NCBI GenBank assembly: GCA_963848135.1
Contig: CAWKCK010000017.1
Location: 1,148,538 to 1,212,537 of the forward strand
DNA: 64,000 nt
Direction of reading: 5' to 3'
DNA from: an uncultured delta proteobacterium
Lineage (GTDB): Bacteria; Desulfobacterota; Desulfobacteria; Desulfobacterales; SG8-13
Made by a program: the position numbers and the translations under genes. Each line of letters opens with the position of its first letter. The stretch's first letter is position 1. Shown here one piece after another: positions 39,966 to 51,457 of this stretch. The notes below the pieces were generated by a model. It did no database searches, was not told the origin of the DNA, and saw only the letters and a program-made list of their open reading frames with translations.

Positions 39966-40604
39966 ATGGAAATCGTATGTGAGAATTGCCAAATCAGGTT
40001 CAAGATACCGGATGAAAAACTCCCGGCGGGAAAGACTGCCAGTTTACCCTGCCCGAAATGTAAAAAACGGATTACAGTCACCCCGCCAGTTGGACCTATC
40101 GGAAGCATAATAAACAATGTCAGCGAAAACAATTACAATGCTTCCGAAAAACCGTTCGATTTTATCGAGGAAGAGGGTAACACGGCGTTGGTGTGTGAAT
40201 CCGATACCGCTATGCTCAAGAAAATCGTCGCGGCATTAAACCTGTTGGAATACCATGTGACGATATCGGACAGCGGGCGGGACACGCTTAAAAAGATGCG
40301 CTATCACCAGTATGACCTGGTAGTGATTAATGAAACCTTCCATTGCGCCGATCCCGAATCGAATATGGTGCTGTTGTACCTGGAACGGCTGAACATGAGT
40401 ATGCGCCGCGACATGTATGTCGCCATGATCAGTACTGTATATCGTACCATGGACCAGATGATGGCCTTCAGGCACAGTGTTAACATTATCATCAATGCCA
40501 AAAATATCGACGACATAGGTAAAATCATCCAACGCGGCCTCACCGATCACGAATTCTTCTACCGGATTTACAAAGAAACGCTGAAAGAGGCGGGGAAGGT
40601 TTGA
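39966..40604 (+). CDS. Zinc-ribbon plus degenerate receiver-like domain protein
   Basis: CENC..CPKC N-terminus; ALVCE..YDLVVINE receiver-like fold without the phosphoacceptor Asp. Confidence 0.7.
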   Translation: MEIVCENCQIRFKIPDEKLPAGKTASLPCPKCKKRITVTPPVGPIGSIINNVSENNYNASEKPFDFIEEEGNTALVCESDTAMLKKIVAALNLLEYHVTISDSGRDTLKKMRYHQYDLVVINETFHCADPESNMVLLYLERLNMSMRRDMYVAMISTVYRTMDQMMAFRHSVNIIINAKNIDDIGKIIQRGLTDHEFFYRIYKETLKEAGKV

Positions 40605-40708
40605 CGGAAAGGCGCAGACCACCAGTGAGCCGTCAGTTGTAGCGCAATTCAATAAATCGTTCCGATTGACTCAAGAATTGGTACCGATGATGGACAATCC
40701 GTACACTA

Positions 40709-40808
40709 TAGATTTTGGAATACGGAATTTGGATTTAAGGAATCCTGCCTTTTTTTCTTAAGGAAACAGCGAAGCGAGACCACCAATCTAAAATCCAAAA
40801 TCTAAAAT
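40709..40808. repeat. Inverted heptamer tandem-repeat element
   Basis: gattttg gaatacg gaatttg gattt ... caatcta aaatcca aaatcta aaat. Confidence 0.7.
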
Positions 40809-40887
40809 GTGAGCTATGCGTTAGATAACGGAGTGTATTTTTGACAACCACCATAGAAGAGTGACACATTCCCTCGAGTAAATCCAG

Positions 40888-41046
40888 ATGTCAGTCGACC
40901 AATCTTACACTTGCCAGGAGTACCGGAAGGAGATGATGCTTCTTGGACTCAGAAACCGACTGAATTCACCGGAACTCTCCGAAGAAGAAAAACAAGGCAT
41001 CCAGGTGGAGATCCGTCGTCTCGAAGAAGAAATCGGTATGGCTTAG
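40888..41046 (+). CDS. Small 52-aa helical hypothetical protein (below ORF-track cutoff)
   Basis: MSVDQSYTCQEYRKEMMLLGLRNRLNSPELSEEEKQGIQVEIRRLEEEIGMA; TTGACA upstream. Confidence 0.6.
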   Translation: MSVDQSYTCQEYRKEMMLLGLRNRLNSPELSEEEKQGIQVEIRRLEEEIGMA

Positions 41047-41145
41047 CCCTCTATCTCGTTCATTCGGCAGCGTATTCCCGTGAAAATTTTCACCAAACAC
41101 GGATATCACGGAGTGAAATATTTTTTCGTTTGCCGGTTATAGGAA

Positions 41146-41937
41146 TCAGTCCGCTTTCGATCGCAATTCGGCAGCCATCTCCGCCGCTATAATTTTCAGT
41201 CCGTCCAAGGTCAGCAGAGGCTCCACGGCATCGATCGTTTTCGATACATCTTTCATCAAATTTGCCAGCCCCCCGGTAGCGACAACTGTCGGCGCTGATC
41301 CCATCTCCAATTTCATCCGTTCGACCACACCGTCTACAAGGCCGGCATAACCGTAAATAATTCCCGACTGAATGCTGGCGGCCGTATCCCTGCCGATGAT
41401 CTTAGCGGGGGGCATGAAGATTTCAACCCGCGGCAGTTTCGAGGCCTTCATGAACAACGCTTCAGCAGCGATCATTATTCCCGGACTGATGGCGCCACCA
41501 AGGTATTCGCCCTTTGTGGAAATACTGTCAAACGTCGTGGCGGTTCCGAAATCGATAACCACAAGGCTGCATTTGTATTTTGCAAACGCTGCCACGGCAT
41601 TGACGATCCGATCGGCACCCACATCGGCCGGATTTCGGTAGCGGTTGGGCATACCGGTATAAGACGCAGGATTCACCCAGAAGGGAGGGTATCCGAGGTA
41701 TTTGCGGCAAAACGAATCGAATATGGTGACCATGGGTGGAACGACGCTCGAGATGATGGTTCTGTCGATCTGGTCCGGTCGGATGTTGTTCTGCGCAAAA
41801 AGGTTACTGATAATGATATTGATTTCGTCTTCGGTTGTATTCCGTTCGGTTCTCAGCCGCCAGTTCCGTAAGAGATTCTGGCCGTCGTAGACGCCCATTA
41901 CAATATTGGTGTTACCAATATCTATCACAAGCAGCAT
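41146..41937 (-). CDS. coaX: Type III pantothenate kinase
   Basis: IDIGNT, SSVVP, GADRIVN, DFGTATT. Confidence 0.95.
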   Translation of the reverse strand: MLLVIDIGNTNIVMGVYDGQNLLRNWRLRTERNTTEDEINIIISNLFAQNNIRPDQIDRTIISSVVPPMVTIFDSFCRKYLGYPPFWVNPASYTGMPNRYRNPADVGADRIVNAVAAFAKYKCSLVVIDFGTATTFDSISTKGEYLGGAISPGIMIAAEALFMKASKLPRVEIFMPPAKIIGRDTAASIQSGIIYGYAGLVDGVVERMKLEMGSAPTVVATGGLANLMKDVSKTIDAVEPLLTLDGLKIIAAEMAAELRSKAD

Positions 41938-42011
41938 TTCACCAAATCCTTTTCATCCCCAGGGAAACCCCATCCGTTATCAAATACTGTCGAATACGGG
42001 ATTTCTCCAAT

Positions 42012-42887
42012 TCAAGCGTTCAAAATGGCATCGACGATCTTAACGGCTGCCCGAGTGGCTTCGACATCGTGTACACGAACCATGTGGGCGCCATTTAATA
42101 CCGCCGTGCAGACCGCCGCCAGAGTGCCCGTCCCCACCACGGGCATATCGGGCTGTATATCATCGCCGTCGGTATCCTTAAGGAGGGTTCGGATAAAAGC
42201 CTTTCGGGAAGGACCGACCAGAATCGGCAAATCAAGATCCTGCAGTTTCGCGAGATTTTGGATGATTTGCAGGTTGTGCGACATGGCTTTTCCGAAACCG
42301 ATACCGGGATCGATAATCAGCCGATCCCGTTCAATCCCTCCCTTCACCGCCGCCGCTACGGTGCCGAAAAGAAAGTCTCCGACCTCGGCCACTACATCGG
42401 TATAACCCGGTTCAACCTGCATGGTTTTGGGTGTCCCAAGCATGTGCATCAGGATCACCGGGGCACCGCTTTCGGCCGCCAGCGCACACATATTGGGGTC
42501 GAGTCGCAGCGCGCTGATATCATTTATGATCGCGGCCCCTGCCGCCAATGCTTGGCGGGCAACGACCGCTTTGGTGGTATCAATGGAGACCGGAATCGAA
42601 ATGTGCTCGACCAGAGCTTCGATCACCGGAATGACGCGGCGTAATTCTTCCTCGGCCGAAACGGAGTCGGAATATGGCCGGGTCGACTCACCGCCGATAT
42701 CGATGATATCGGCACCCTCTTCTACCATACGTTCCGCCTGAACGACCGCTGCATCACGGGTATAAAAATTCCCGCCGTCTGAAAAAGAATCCGGCGTCAC
42801 GTTGAGAACTCCCATAATGCACGTGCGCCGGCCCAGTTCGAGGGTGCATGCGCCCCCGTTTATCGAATAGAGTTTTCTGATGGGCAT
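42012..42887 (-). CDS. folP: Dihydropteroate synthase
   Basis: NVTPDSFSDGG, GGESTRP, DPGIGFGK, SRK, RVHDV. Confidence 0.96.
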   Translation of the reverse strand: MPIRKLYSINGGACTLELGRRTCIMGVLNVTPDSFSDGGNFYTRDAAVVQAERMVEEGADIIDIGGESTRPYSDSVSAEEELRRVIPVIEALVEHISIPVSIDTTKAVVARQALAAGAAIINDISALRLDPNMCALAAESGAPVILMHMLGTPKTMQVEPGYTDVVAEVGDFLFGTVAAAVKGGIERDRLIIDPGIGFGKAMSHNLQIIQNLAKLQDLDLPILVGPSRKAFIRTLLKDTDGDDIQPDMPVVGTGTLAAVCTAVLNGAHMVRVHDVEATRAAVKIVDAILNA

Positions 42888-42962
42888 ATACAGATAACGC
42901 CTACTGTCCGCAACATTGATTTACTTCGCGCCGCCCCGCATCGTCAGGGTATGGCGCTCTTT

Positions 42963-44903
42963 TCAGGCGGACGGCTGGTCCGAGGATGGGTTTTCGGTTT
43001 CCTCGTTGGAATCTTCCGGATTGGCTGCACTTGCATCCGCTTCCGCGGCAGTGGATTCATCTTTCGGCGCATCCTTTTCCGGATCATCGTACATGCTTTT
43101 CGAGGGCAGTTTGATTCCGGGTCTCAAGGAACTGATCAATTCATCCAGCTCCTTGCCGAGGACAGTCTCCTGCTCAAGAAGAACGTCTGCGAGTTTGTGG
43201 AGAATATCCAGATTGCTTTCCAGGACCTCTTTGGCCACCTTGTAGGACGAATCGATCAACAAGTGAATTTGTTCGTCGATCTTCTGGGCCGTGATTTCCG
43301 AATAATCCCGATGCTGGGCGATTTCCCGGCCGAGGAAAACAGGCTCTTCACCCTTGGCATAAGAAAGGGGGCCCAGGTCGCTCATCCCCCAGTTCCGAAC
43401 CATCTGTTCTGCCAGCATGGTGGCCTGCTTGATGTCGTTGGCGGCACCGGTGCTGATGCGTTTGAAAACGATCTCTTCGGCAACTCTTCCGCCGTAGGCA
43501 ACTGCCAGCTCATTTACCAGCTGGTCCTTGTACTTGAAATCGCGCTCTTCCGGTAGGAACCAGGTCACACCGGCCGCCCGGCCCCTGGGAATAATGGTAA
43601 TTTTATTCACCGCATCCGTTTCCGGTAAAAACCGGGCCACAAGCGCGTGCCCACCCTCATGGTAGGCGGTGGTCCGACGATCTTCCTCCTTGATGACTTT
43701 TGACTTGCGCTCCAGCCCCATGTAAACTTTGTCTTTCGAATCCTCGAAATCAAGCATATCGATTTTTTCTTTGTCGCGCTTTGCCGCCAGCAAGGCGGCT
43801 TCGTTGACAAGGTTTTCCAGGTCGGCCCCCGAAAACCCTGGCGTTCCCCTCGCGAGAACCAAGGCGTTCACGTCGTCAGCAATCGGCGTTTTGCGCATGT
43901 GCACTTTTAGTATCTTTTCTCGTCCTTTGATGTCCGGCAACGATACGACCACCTGGCGGTCGAAGCGACCGGGTCTCAGCAGGGCGGGATCGAGGACATC
44001 CGGCCGGTTGGTGGCAGAAATCAGAATTACCCCTTCGTTGGATTCGAAACCGTCCATTTCCACCAGAAGTTGGTTGAGGGTCTGTTCTCTCTCATCGTGA
44101 CCACCACCCAGCCCGGCACCGCGGTGGCGGCCAACGGCATCGATTTCATCGATAAAAATGATACAAGGCGCGTTCTTCTTACCTTGCACAAAGAGATCAC
44201 GGACGCGTGACGCCCCGACACCGACAAACATTTCGACGAAATCGGACCCGCTGATACTGAAGAAGGGTACACCGGCTTCACCGGCTATGGCCCTGGCCAG
44301 AAGGGTTTTACCGGTTCCCGGAGGCCCCATCAAAAGTACCCCTTTGGGAATGCGACCGCCGAGGCGGGTGAATTTTTTAGGATCCTTCAAGAACTCGACA
44401 ATTTCGAAAAGTTCTTCTTTGGCCTCGTCAATGCCAGCGACATCCTCAAACGTTACCTTGGCCGAGCCGTCCGACATCAGTCGTGCACGGCTCTTTCCAA
44501 ACGATAGCGCCTTTCCACCACCGCTTTGCATCTGGCGCATGAAAAAAATCCACACGCCGATAAGAATCAACATGGGAAACCACGACACGAGCACGGACAT
44601 GTACCACGGGTTTTCCGCCGGCGGTTTGGCCTGAATTGCAACGCGTTTAGACCTCAGTGTGTTGATTAAATCAGGATCCTGTGGAGCGTATACCTTGAAG
44701 CGGTTGCGGTTGGTGTCGGTGACGTAGAGTTCCTGCCCCTGAATAACGACCTCAGCAACCCGCTCCTCGTCGACCATGGTCAAAAACTGGGTGTAACCGA
44801 TAGTTGATTCCGCCATCTGCTGTTGATTGAAAAGGTTGTAAAGCATAATCATCATCAGCGTGATGACCAGCCACAGCGCCAGGTTTTTATAGAAAGGATT
44901 CAA
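42963..44903 (-). CDS. ftsH: ATP-dependent zinc metalloprotease FtsH
   Basis: Two TM segments, [23 protein letters not shown]. Confidence 0.97.
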   Translation of the reverse strand: MNPFYKNLALWLVITLMMIMLYNLFNQQQMAESTIGYTQFLTMVDEERVAEVVIQGQELYVTDTNRNRFKVYAPQDPDLINTLRSKRVAIQAKPPAENPWYMSVLVSWFPMLILIGVWIFFMRQMQSGGGKALSFGKSRARLMSDGSAKVTFEDVAGIDEAKEELFEIVEFLKDPKKFTRLGGRIPKGVLLMGPPGTGKTLLARAIAGEAGVPFFSISGSDFVEMFVGVGASRVRDLFVQGKKNAPCIIFIDEIDAVGRHRGAGLGGGHDEREQTLNQLLVEMDGFESNEGVILISATNRPDVLDPALLRPGRFDRQVVVSLPDIKGREKILKVHMRKTPIADDVNALVLARGTPGFSGADLENLVNEAALLAAKRDKEKIDMLDFEDSKDKVYMGLERKSKVIKEEDRRTTAYHEGGHALVARFLPETDAVNKITIIPRGRAAGVTWFLPEERDFKYKDQLVNELAVAYGGRVAEEIVFKRISTGAANDIKQATMLAEQMVRNWGMSDLGPLSYAKGEEPVFLGREIAQHRDYSEITAQKIDEQIHLLIDSSYKVAKEVLESNLDILHKLADVLLEQETVLGKELDELISSLRPGIKLPSKSMYDDPEKDAPKDESTAAEADASAANPEDSNEETENPSSDQPSA

Positions 44904-45181
44904 GTGCCACTACCTCCTGCTGAATAATTGTACTCACTTCGCGGCCTATGGACATAAATCCGCGCAATGGATATCGGCGTTTTAAATTCGACCTCCCGTC
45001 ATCGTCCATTGGGCTGATTTTGTCAACTGCTTATCTGTCCATATTTCTTCAATACAAGGTTTACATGCACTTTATCGCAGATAAACATGCGGGCCGGGTC
45101 ACAACACAGTAAATGCACAAAAGCCTTGAACACATCACCGACAATTGCGGATCCGAATTAAACCTAATCATTATCGCCGGG

Positions 45182-46669
45182 TTAACAAGCCAAATCCGCC
45201 CGCAGGACCCAACGGGTGTCCGGCGTCACTTTGCAGCCATCTGCGATCCGATGGCCCACAAGCCAGACAATCTGCTCCCCACTGAGAAGAACCGGGCATT
45301 TCCACCGATGCTCCCGTGGCACCTTATGGTCGATGAAGAATTTTTTGACTTTCTGCGACCCTTTTAGACCGATGGGGGAAAACCGGTCACCCGGTTGCAC
45401 ATTTCGCAAAATGAGTGGAAAAGCCAGACTGTTTATATCAAAGAAGGCGACCCCCTGTCCAGTATTGTGAACCGCGTCCACCTTCGCGATTTCCATAACC
45501 GCGAAAGTTATCCGCCAACCGATCTCTTCGATTTGTATGACAACCGGCGAATGCTGCGGCGGTTGAGGTCTTTGAACGTGGTAATGGAATGTGGGGCCGC
45601 ATTTTTCTTTGAACACACCCGGCCGGGCAGTCTTCTGGCGATCGTTCGCAAATATGCACAGGCTGCCGTCGATGCGACGGACACTAAGTCCCCCCGGCAG
45701 TGCAACCGCCGGTCGTTGACGGCTGGATGTCACCAAACCGAGAATTGCCTCCACATGGGCAAAGGATATCCGCCGCAAATCGCCTTTGACTTCGGAAATG
45801 GCTTTTCGGATCACCCGACGACGCGCCGCCATGGGCAGATGCATCACGGCGACTGTGGAAAGACAGCATTGCCCCGGCCGGCCGGCCATCAGGGCTTTCG
45901 CGTAGTGGGTTGTGGTCACCTCTTCCATCCAGTGGCTCTCGTCCCGTAAGATACCGGACATTCGGTTGATAGCCGGTATGATCCGGGGATTGTACGACCG
46001 CTGCAAATGAGGAATCAATTCGTTGCGAATACGATTGCGCAGGAATCGATTGTCCTGATTGCTATGGTCAAAAATGCTCGGCAGATCGACGGCTTCGAGG
46101 TAACGTTGAATATCATTACGCGATAACCGGATCAGTGGTCGTATGATGATTTTCTCTCTGACCGGCGGAATTCCGGAAAACCCGACCGGACCAGATCCCC
46201 TGATTAAAAACATTAGGACCAGTTCAGCATTGTCATCGGCATGATGCCCAAGGGCAATTTTGTCGTATCCGTTTTGTGCAGCAATCGTTTTATAAAACGC
46301 ATATCGCAATCGCCGGCCGGCCTCCTCTATGGACAACTTGTGCCGCTGACGAAAACCAAAGACATCCACTTTGCTTATGTGGCACACCAATACCAAACTG
46401 TCACAGAGGGATGCAACGAAAGCGGCCTCTTCATCCGCCTCCTTGCGTAAACCGTGATTAAGGTGCGCCACAGCCAACTTGAGGGATAACTCAGGAACCA
46501 GCTCATTCAACACGTGCAGCAAAGCTACCGAATCGGGTCCACCGGAAACCCCAATCAGTATGGACTCCCCGGAGCGTATCATTCCGAATTCGGCGATCGT
46601 CATTCTGACCGAGGCGAGGACGCGCCGGCGAATTCCTTTATGAGTGGGCCCCTTTGCTGTTGGTGACAT
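45182..46669 (-). CDS. tilS: tRNA(Ile)-lysidine synthase
   Basis: SGGPDS, HLNHGLR, HHADD, IRPL, RNRIR. Confidence 0.95.
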   Translation of the reverse strand: MSPTAKGPTHKGIRRRVLASVRMTIAEFGMIRSGESILIGVSGGPDSVALLHVLNELVPELSLKLAVAHLNHGLRKEADEEAAFVASLCDSLVLVCHISKVDVFGFRQRHKLSIEEAGRRLRYAFYKTIAAQNGYDKIALGHHADDNAELVLMFLIRGSGPVGFSGIPPVREKIIIRPLIRLSRNDIQRYLEAVDLPSIFDHSNQDNRFLRNRIRNELIPHLQRSYNPRIIPAINRMSGILRDESHWMEEVTTTHYAKALMAGRPGQCCLSTVAVMHLPMAARRRVIRKAISEVKGDLRRISFAHVEAILGLVTSSRQRPAVALPGGLSVRRIDGSLCIFANDRQKTARPGVFKEKCGPTFHYHVQRPQPPQHSPVVIQIEEIGWRITFAVMEIAKVDAVHNTGQGVAFFDINSLAFPLILRNVQPGDRFSPIGLKGSQKVKKFFIDHKVPREHRWKCPVLLSGEQIVWLVGHRIADGCKVTPDTRWVLRADLAC

Positions 46670-46933
46670 GCCGTTGGCATCCTATGAGCACAGTGTATTC
46701 CGTTTTTCATAAACAAATTTCGAAATTCGGAAAGGTGGCATGAGTGTTGGTGATTAAAACGGTCGCATATCGGAACATTTTTTCATCAGCCACCATAGAT
46801 CGTTTGCCATGGAACCGTTCCGATACCTCATACGGGCTTGTAGGAAAGAACGCAAATGTTGTCAACACCTGTCGGCGGCAGTTGCTCCCAAGCGCTCTGG
46901 TTAATGATGGCTGTGGCAGCAAGCGTTTTTTCC

Positions 46934-46961
46934 TTGAAAAAATTTGGAATTGCTTTATTCT
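46934..46961 (+). promoter_or_regulatory. sigma-70 promoter of SRP RNA
   Basis: TTGAAA-N16-TATTCT just before the RNA 5' end. Confidence 0.5.
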
Positions 46962-46968
46962 TAGCCCC

Positions 46969-47219
46969 GGTTGTGCTAGGCGGGGAGTTAGCGGTGCCCT
47001 GTACCCGAAATCCGCTTATGCGGGGCTGAATCCCCACTCCAGGATTTTGATCCGAACGGGTGTTGGTCGTCCGACCGGCCGCCGCGCAACGGGCGGTCAC
47101 GAACCTCGTCAGATCCGGAAGGAAGCAGCGATAAGTGATGCAGCCTGTGTCGTGGATCGATCCCGGTCATTTTGATGACCTTCCTTTTCCGGAGGAAATT
47201 CAAAGGTGGGTGCACAACC
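46969..47219 (+). ncRNA. ffs: Signal recognition particle RNA, large (Alu-domain) type
   Basis: Closing helix ggttgtgc/gcacaacc; 5' gcggggagttagcggtgccctgtacc..aatccgc resembles the Bacillus scRNA Alu domain; helix 8 gtcagatccggaaggaagcagc. Confidence 0.93.
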
Positions 47220-47404
47220 ATTTCCCCACATCCCATAGGCCTCAATTCCGAATTTGAAGCGAAAAAAAATCGCCGAAAACCCTTCCAAACCCATATGCGG
47301 CAAGCCTTGACAACCTAGCTTACAGTCTTATTTTCTGTACTAAGTTTGACCGGCCCGAAAAAACCGACTTAAGCCACTAAGATTAAAGGAGATTTAACCG
47401 GCCA

Positions 47405-48046
47405 ATGCCTGGTAAAAAGAAAATTAAAATTGACGACGGAGATCAGATCCAGGGAGATGAGGATTTGGGTGCTGCTGAACCATCGGGGTTATCAAATAAT
47501 GCTCCTAAAACGGCCACTCAAAATGATGCAAACAATTCTATCAACGTCAACGAGCAGGATCCGATCAAATCACTCGAAGACAAGCTTGAATCCATGACCA
47601 AGGAGTGCCAGGAGAATTACGACAGGCTATTGCGGGTATCGGCAGAATTTGAGAATTATAAAAAGAGGTCTGCCAGAGAAATGGCTGAGGTACAGAAATA
47701 CGCCAATCAATCACTGGTCAGGGATTTGCTGCCCATTATCGACAATCTTGAGATGGCCATTAAATCAGCAGCCGAGTCGACCGGTAACACCGATGGATGC
47801 CTGCTGGATGGCGTCGAGCTGACTTACAAAGAAATTCTAAAAGTTTTCGAGAAAAACAACATCGAACAGATAGCGGCTATCGGGAAGCCCTTTGACCCCA
47901 ACTTTCACGAAGCGGTCATGCGGGAGGAGTCAGACGAATATCCCGAAAACACGGTCGCCAATGAACTGCAAAAAGGCTACCTCATGCACGACAGGCTCAT
48001 CCGACCGGCGATGGTCGTCGTGGCAATGCCGAAAAGCACAGAATAA
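47405..48046 (+). CDS. grpE: Nucleotide exchange factor GrpE
   Basis: AEFENYKKR, LLPIIDNL, FDPNFHEA, GY..RLIRPAMVVV. Confidence 0.96.
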   Translation: MPGKKKIKIDDGDQIQGDEDLGAAEPSGLSNNAPKTATQNDANNSINVNEQDPIKSLEDKLESMTKECQENYDRLLRVSAEFENYKKRSAREMAEVQKYANQSLVRDLLPIIDNLEMAIKSAAESTGNTDGCLLDGVELTYKEILKVFEKNNIEQIAAIGKPFDPNFHEAVMREESDEYPENTVANELQKGYLMHDRLIRPAMVVVAMPKSTE

Positions 48047-48121
48047 AGTGGATCCGAAGATCCGGATATGTGAAACATCACGAATTTTTTGAATATTGAA
48101 CAATGTTAAGGAGGAAAAGAC

Positions 48122-50044
48122 ATGGGTAAAATTATCGGTATCGATCTCGGAACCACCAACTCTTGTGTGGCCATAATGGAGGGAGGCGATGCCAATGTCA
48201 TCACCAACCCTGAAGGAGGACGAACCACCCCTTCGATTGTAGCCGTATCTGAAAATGGAGAAAGACTTGTCGGTCAGATTGCTAAGCGGCAGGCGATCAC
48301 GAATCCGGAAAACACGGTGTTCGGCGTAAAACGATTGATCGGCCGTAAGTTCGAATCAAAAGAAGTGCAACAGGACCTCAAAATCCTGCCATATAAAATC
48401 GAACGGGCCTCCAACGGAGACGTTCGTCTTAATATCAGGGGTAAACAGTACAGTCCGGCGGAGGTATCGTCCTATATACTCGGATACATCAAACAATACG
48501 CCGAAGATTTCCTCGGCGAAAAAGTCGATGACGCCGTGATAACCGTTCCGGCATACTTCAATGACAGTCAACGGCAGGCCACGAAGGATGCTGGGCGTAT
48601 TGCCGGCCTTAACGTCCTGCGGATCATCAATGAGCCGACCGCCGCATCACTGGCATACGGGCTCGACAAAAAAGCCGAGGAAAAAATAGCTGTTTTCGAT
48701 CTCGGCGGCGGTACATTCGACGTTTCTATTCTTGAAATCGGCGAGGGTGTTTTTGAAGTCAAAGCCACCAACGGAGACACGCACCTAGGCGGGGAAGATT
48801 TCGATCTACGCCTGATCAACTACTTGGCGGATGAATTCAAAAAAGACCAGGGCATTGATCTGAGAAACGACAAAATGGCGCTGCAGCGGCTGAAGGAAGC
48901 CGCTGAAAAAGCCAAGATGGAACTGTCAACTTCCATGGAAACAGACGTCAACTTGCCGTTTATCACTGCCGACGCCAGCGGCCCCAAACACTTAAACATC
49001 AAGATCAACCGCTCAAAACTCGAGTCCCTGGTCAGCGACCTGTTGGATAATCTGGAGAAACCCTGCCGGTTGGCATTGAAAGATGCCAGCCTTTCCCCAT
49101 CGGAAATCAACGAAGTCATCCTGGTGGGTGGCATGACCCGTATGCCGGCTGTTCAGGAACGGGTTAAAAAGATCTTCGGGCAGGATCCCCATAAAGGCGT
49201 CAATCCTGACGAAGTCGTGGCGCTCGGTGCTGCCATCCAGGGTGGCGTGCTGAAAGGTGATGTAAAGGACGTCCTTTTGCTTGATGTGACCCCACTTTCA
49301 CTGGGTATAGAGACTCTTGGCGGCGTCATGACGAAACTGATCGAAAAGAATACGACCATCCCGACAAAAAAGAGCCAAATCTTCTCCACTGCTGCAGATA
49401 GTCAACCGGCCGTGTCGATTCACGTTCTGCAAGGTGAGCGCGAAATGGCCCCCGACAACAAAACGCTCGGGCGCTTTGAGTTGGTCGGTATTCCACCGGC
49501 ACCACGGGGCGTGCCCCAGATCGAAGTGACGTTCGACATCGACGCCAACGGCATCGTAAATGTTTCGGCCAAAGATCTGGCGACCAATAAAGAACAGTCG
49601 ATCCAGATCACCGCGTCCTCGGGTCTCAGCGAAGCTGAGATTCAGCAAGCGGTCAAAGACGCGGAATTGAATGCCGAGGAAGACCGTAAGAAAAAAGAAT
49701 TGGTCGAAGCACGCAATACAGCCGACACTTTGGTATACACCACCGAAAAATCGATCAAGGATCTCGGCGACAAAGTCGACGGCGAGACAAAACAAAAAGT
49801 CGAAGATGCTTCTGCCGCCTTGCGGAAAGCCATGGAAGGCGACGATGCCGGGGAAATCAAGCGCCTTAGCGAAGAATTGACCCAGGTATCCCACAAGCTG
49901 GCCGAAGCCATGTACCAGCAAGCATCAAAGAAGGGGGATCAACAGGCCGGCGGTGGTGCCGGCGGCGGTGCCGGTGGTGCTGCAGAGCCGGAGGAGGATG
50001 TCGTCGACGCTGACTTCGAAGAGGTCAAAGAAGACAAAAAATAG
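48122..50044 (+). CDS. dnaK: Chaperone DnaK
   Basis: [25 protein letters not shown]. Confidence 0.98.
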   Translation: MGKIIGIDLGTTNSCVAIMEGGDANVITNPEGGRTTPSIVAVSENGERLVGQIAKRQAITNPENTVFGVKRLIGRKFESKEVQQDLKILPYKIERASNGDVRLNIRGKQYSPAEVSSYILGYIKQYAEDFLGEKVDDAVITVPAYFNDSQRQATKDAGRIAGLNVLRIINEPTAASLAYGLDKKAEEKIAVFDLGGGTFDVSILEIGEGVFEVKATNGDTHLGGEDFDLRLINYLADEFKKDQGIDLRNDKMALQRLKEAAEKAKMELSTSMETDVNLPFITADASGPKHLNIKINRSKLESLVSDLLDNLEKPCRLALKDASLSPSEINEVILVGGMTRMPAVQERVKKIFGQDPHKGVNPDEVVALGAAIQGGVLKGDVKDVLLLDVTPLSLGIETLGGVMTKLIEKNTTIPTKKSQIFSTAADSQPAVSIHVLQGEREMAPDNKTLGRFELVGIPPAPRGVPQIEVTFDIDANGIVNVSAKDLATNKEQSIQITASSGLSEAEIQQAVKDAELNAEEDRKKKELVEARNTADTLVYTTEKSIKDLGDKVDGETKQKVEDASAALRKAMEGDDAGEIKRLSEELTQVSHKLAEAMYQQASKKGDQQAGGGAGGGAGGAAEPEEDVVDADFEEVKEDKK

Positions 50045-50064
50045 ACTTTATAGCGAAAACATTT

Positions 50065-50101
50065 AAAAAAAACCGCGGTGAAAAAGCACCGCGGTTTTTT
50101 T
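50065..50101. terminator. Bidirectional rho-independent terminator
   Basis: aaaaaaaaccgcggtg-aaaaag-caccgcggttttttt. Confidence 0.9.
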
Positions 50102-50285
50102 ATGCTTCCTTTTTACTGAAGTACAGATTGACCAATGCCGCTGTGGAGGTCCCCACTATCAGCAGAAAAGAAATCGTGAGGATGCCCCACGCCGGCCAGA
50201 TCGAAATTGTCGCGGCTGGCTTTCGGGTAGCCGTTGAGGATGCATATTGAAAGCGGTGTTTCTATGATCATAGCAATATCCTGAA

Positions 50286-51143
50286 TTATTCTGTCCCCGG
50301 TTCAGTGGGTCCGTACGTTTCCATTGACACGGCCTGAGGCCGGCCGGTGATCCGGGTCAGACGCTGCGGAAAATCGGTAATGATACCTGCCGCACCGGCA
50401 GCGATGAATCGCTGTATGTCTTTCTCTTTGTTCACCGGCCAGACATTGACAGCGATCCCCTTTTCAGCCAGCTGTCCAATGATGCGATAATCGATCAGCG
50501 TGTAGCGGGCGTTGTAGGTTTTGAATTCCAATTGTCCCCAGTCCAAAGGCTTGATCTTGGAATAACCGATCAATGCCTGGACCTCTATATCGGGTCTGAG
50601 AACCTGGATTTTCTTCAACCACTCGTGGTTGAAGGATGATAGGACCAGATGTTTGCTGTCGAGATTCAGTCGGTCTACGAGCGCCAGTACCCGCTCGACA
50701 ACCGGAAAAGCGGTCATTGGGGTCGGCAAGTATTTCATTTCGACATTGATCCGCCAGTTTGACTCCCTGGTGAAAAGCAAGGCGTCTTCCAGGGTGGGAA
50801 TTTTTGCGCCCCGATACGCCGTTTGTTCCTCCCGCGATACGCTTCCGTCAATTATCTGGCCGAATGGGTCCGTATCGAGAAACCAGGATCCGCAATCCAA
50901 CCTCTGTAGCTCGGTCAACGCAAAGCCGGTGACGTTCCATGGTGCCCGGCCGGGAAAAACAGCTCGGGCATCGGTTGTACGGGTTAGTGCGTCATCATGG
51001 AACAGGATGAGCGCCTCGTCAGCACAAACGGCCAAATCAGTTTCCCACATGTCGGCACCGGATTCCAATGCCTTTCGTGCCGCTTGTAGTGTGTTCTCCG
51101 GTGCCAGGCTTCGCGCCCCGCGATGGGCGATATTGAGAACCAT
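50286..51143 (-). CDS. Glycerophosphodiester phosphodiesterase
   Basis: IAHRGA..PENT, ETD, FHD, NVEMK, GIITDFP. Confidence 0.9.
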   Translation of the reverse strand: MVLNIAHRGARSLAPENTLQAARKALESGADMWETDLAVCADEALILFHDDALTRTTDARAVFPGRAPWNVTGFALTELQRLDCGSWFLDTDPFGQIIDGSVSREEQTAYRGAKIPTLEDALLFTRESNWRINVEMKYLPTPMTAFPVVERVLALVDRLNLDSKHLVLSSFNHEWLKKIQVLRPDIEVQALIGYSKIKPLDWGQLEFKTYNARYTLIDYRIIGQLAEKGIAVNVWPVNKEKDIQRFIAAGAAGIITDFPQRLTRITGRPQAVSMETYGPTEPGTE

Positions 51144-51457
51144 GGTATTTGTTCCTGTGTAAGGAGTAATGGACGGCAGGTGTCGGAGGCCTTCGGATAG
51201 CCTACCGGAAATAAATAAGCCAGGGGGTGGGGTGTGTCAACATGAAAGCTGTAAGGACCAACGGTCACCTCTACCGAATTATCCGAAGAAAGTGACCGCG
51301 GCAGGATCCCGCATAGGCAAACTCCCGGATGACTTGCTGCAATCACAGTGGATGTGTTATGCAGTCCACATACAAACCGGTGAACTATAGCGTATCTCAA
51401 TCGATGTGCATGAGGCTTAAAGATGACGCGGAAGACATTGCACCAAAGAAGGGCAAG

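Noticed and set aside
41079..41093. Rex-like palindrome GTGAAaattTTCAC
   Set aside because: Lies between convergent gene ends with no downstream promoter; outer consensus bases are missing
46744..47245. Short ORFs on both strands
   Set aside because: They overlap the SRP RNA gene and its promoter
47220..47404. CIRCE/HrcA operator before grpE-dnaK
   Set aside because: No TTAGCACTC-N9-GAGTGCTAA present; only a TTGACA box is seen, and hrcA and dnaJ are not adjacent
51169..51457. Possible c-di-GMP or other riboswitch upstream of the glutamine synthetase-like gene (ggcaaac)
   Set aside because: The rest of the conserved aptamer pattern is absent
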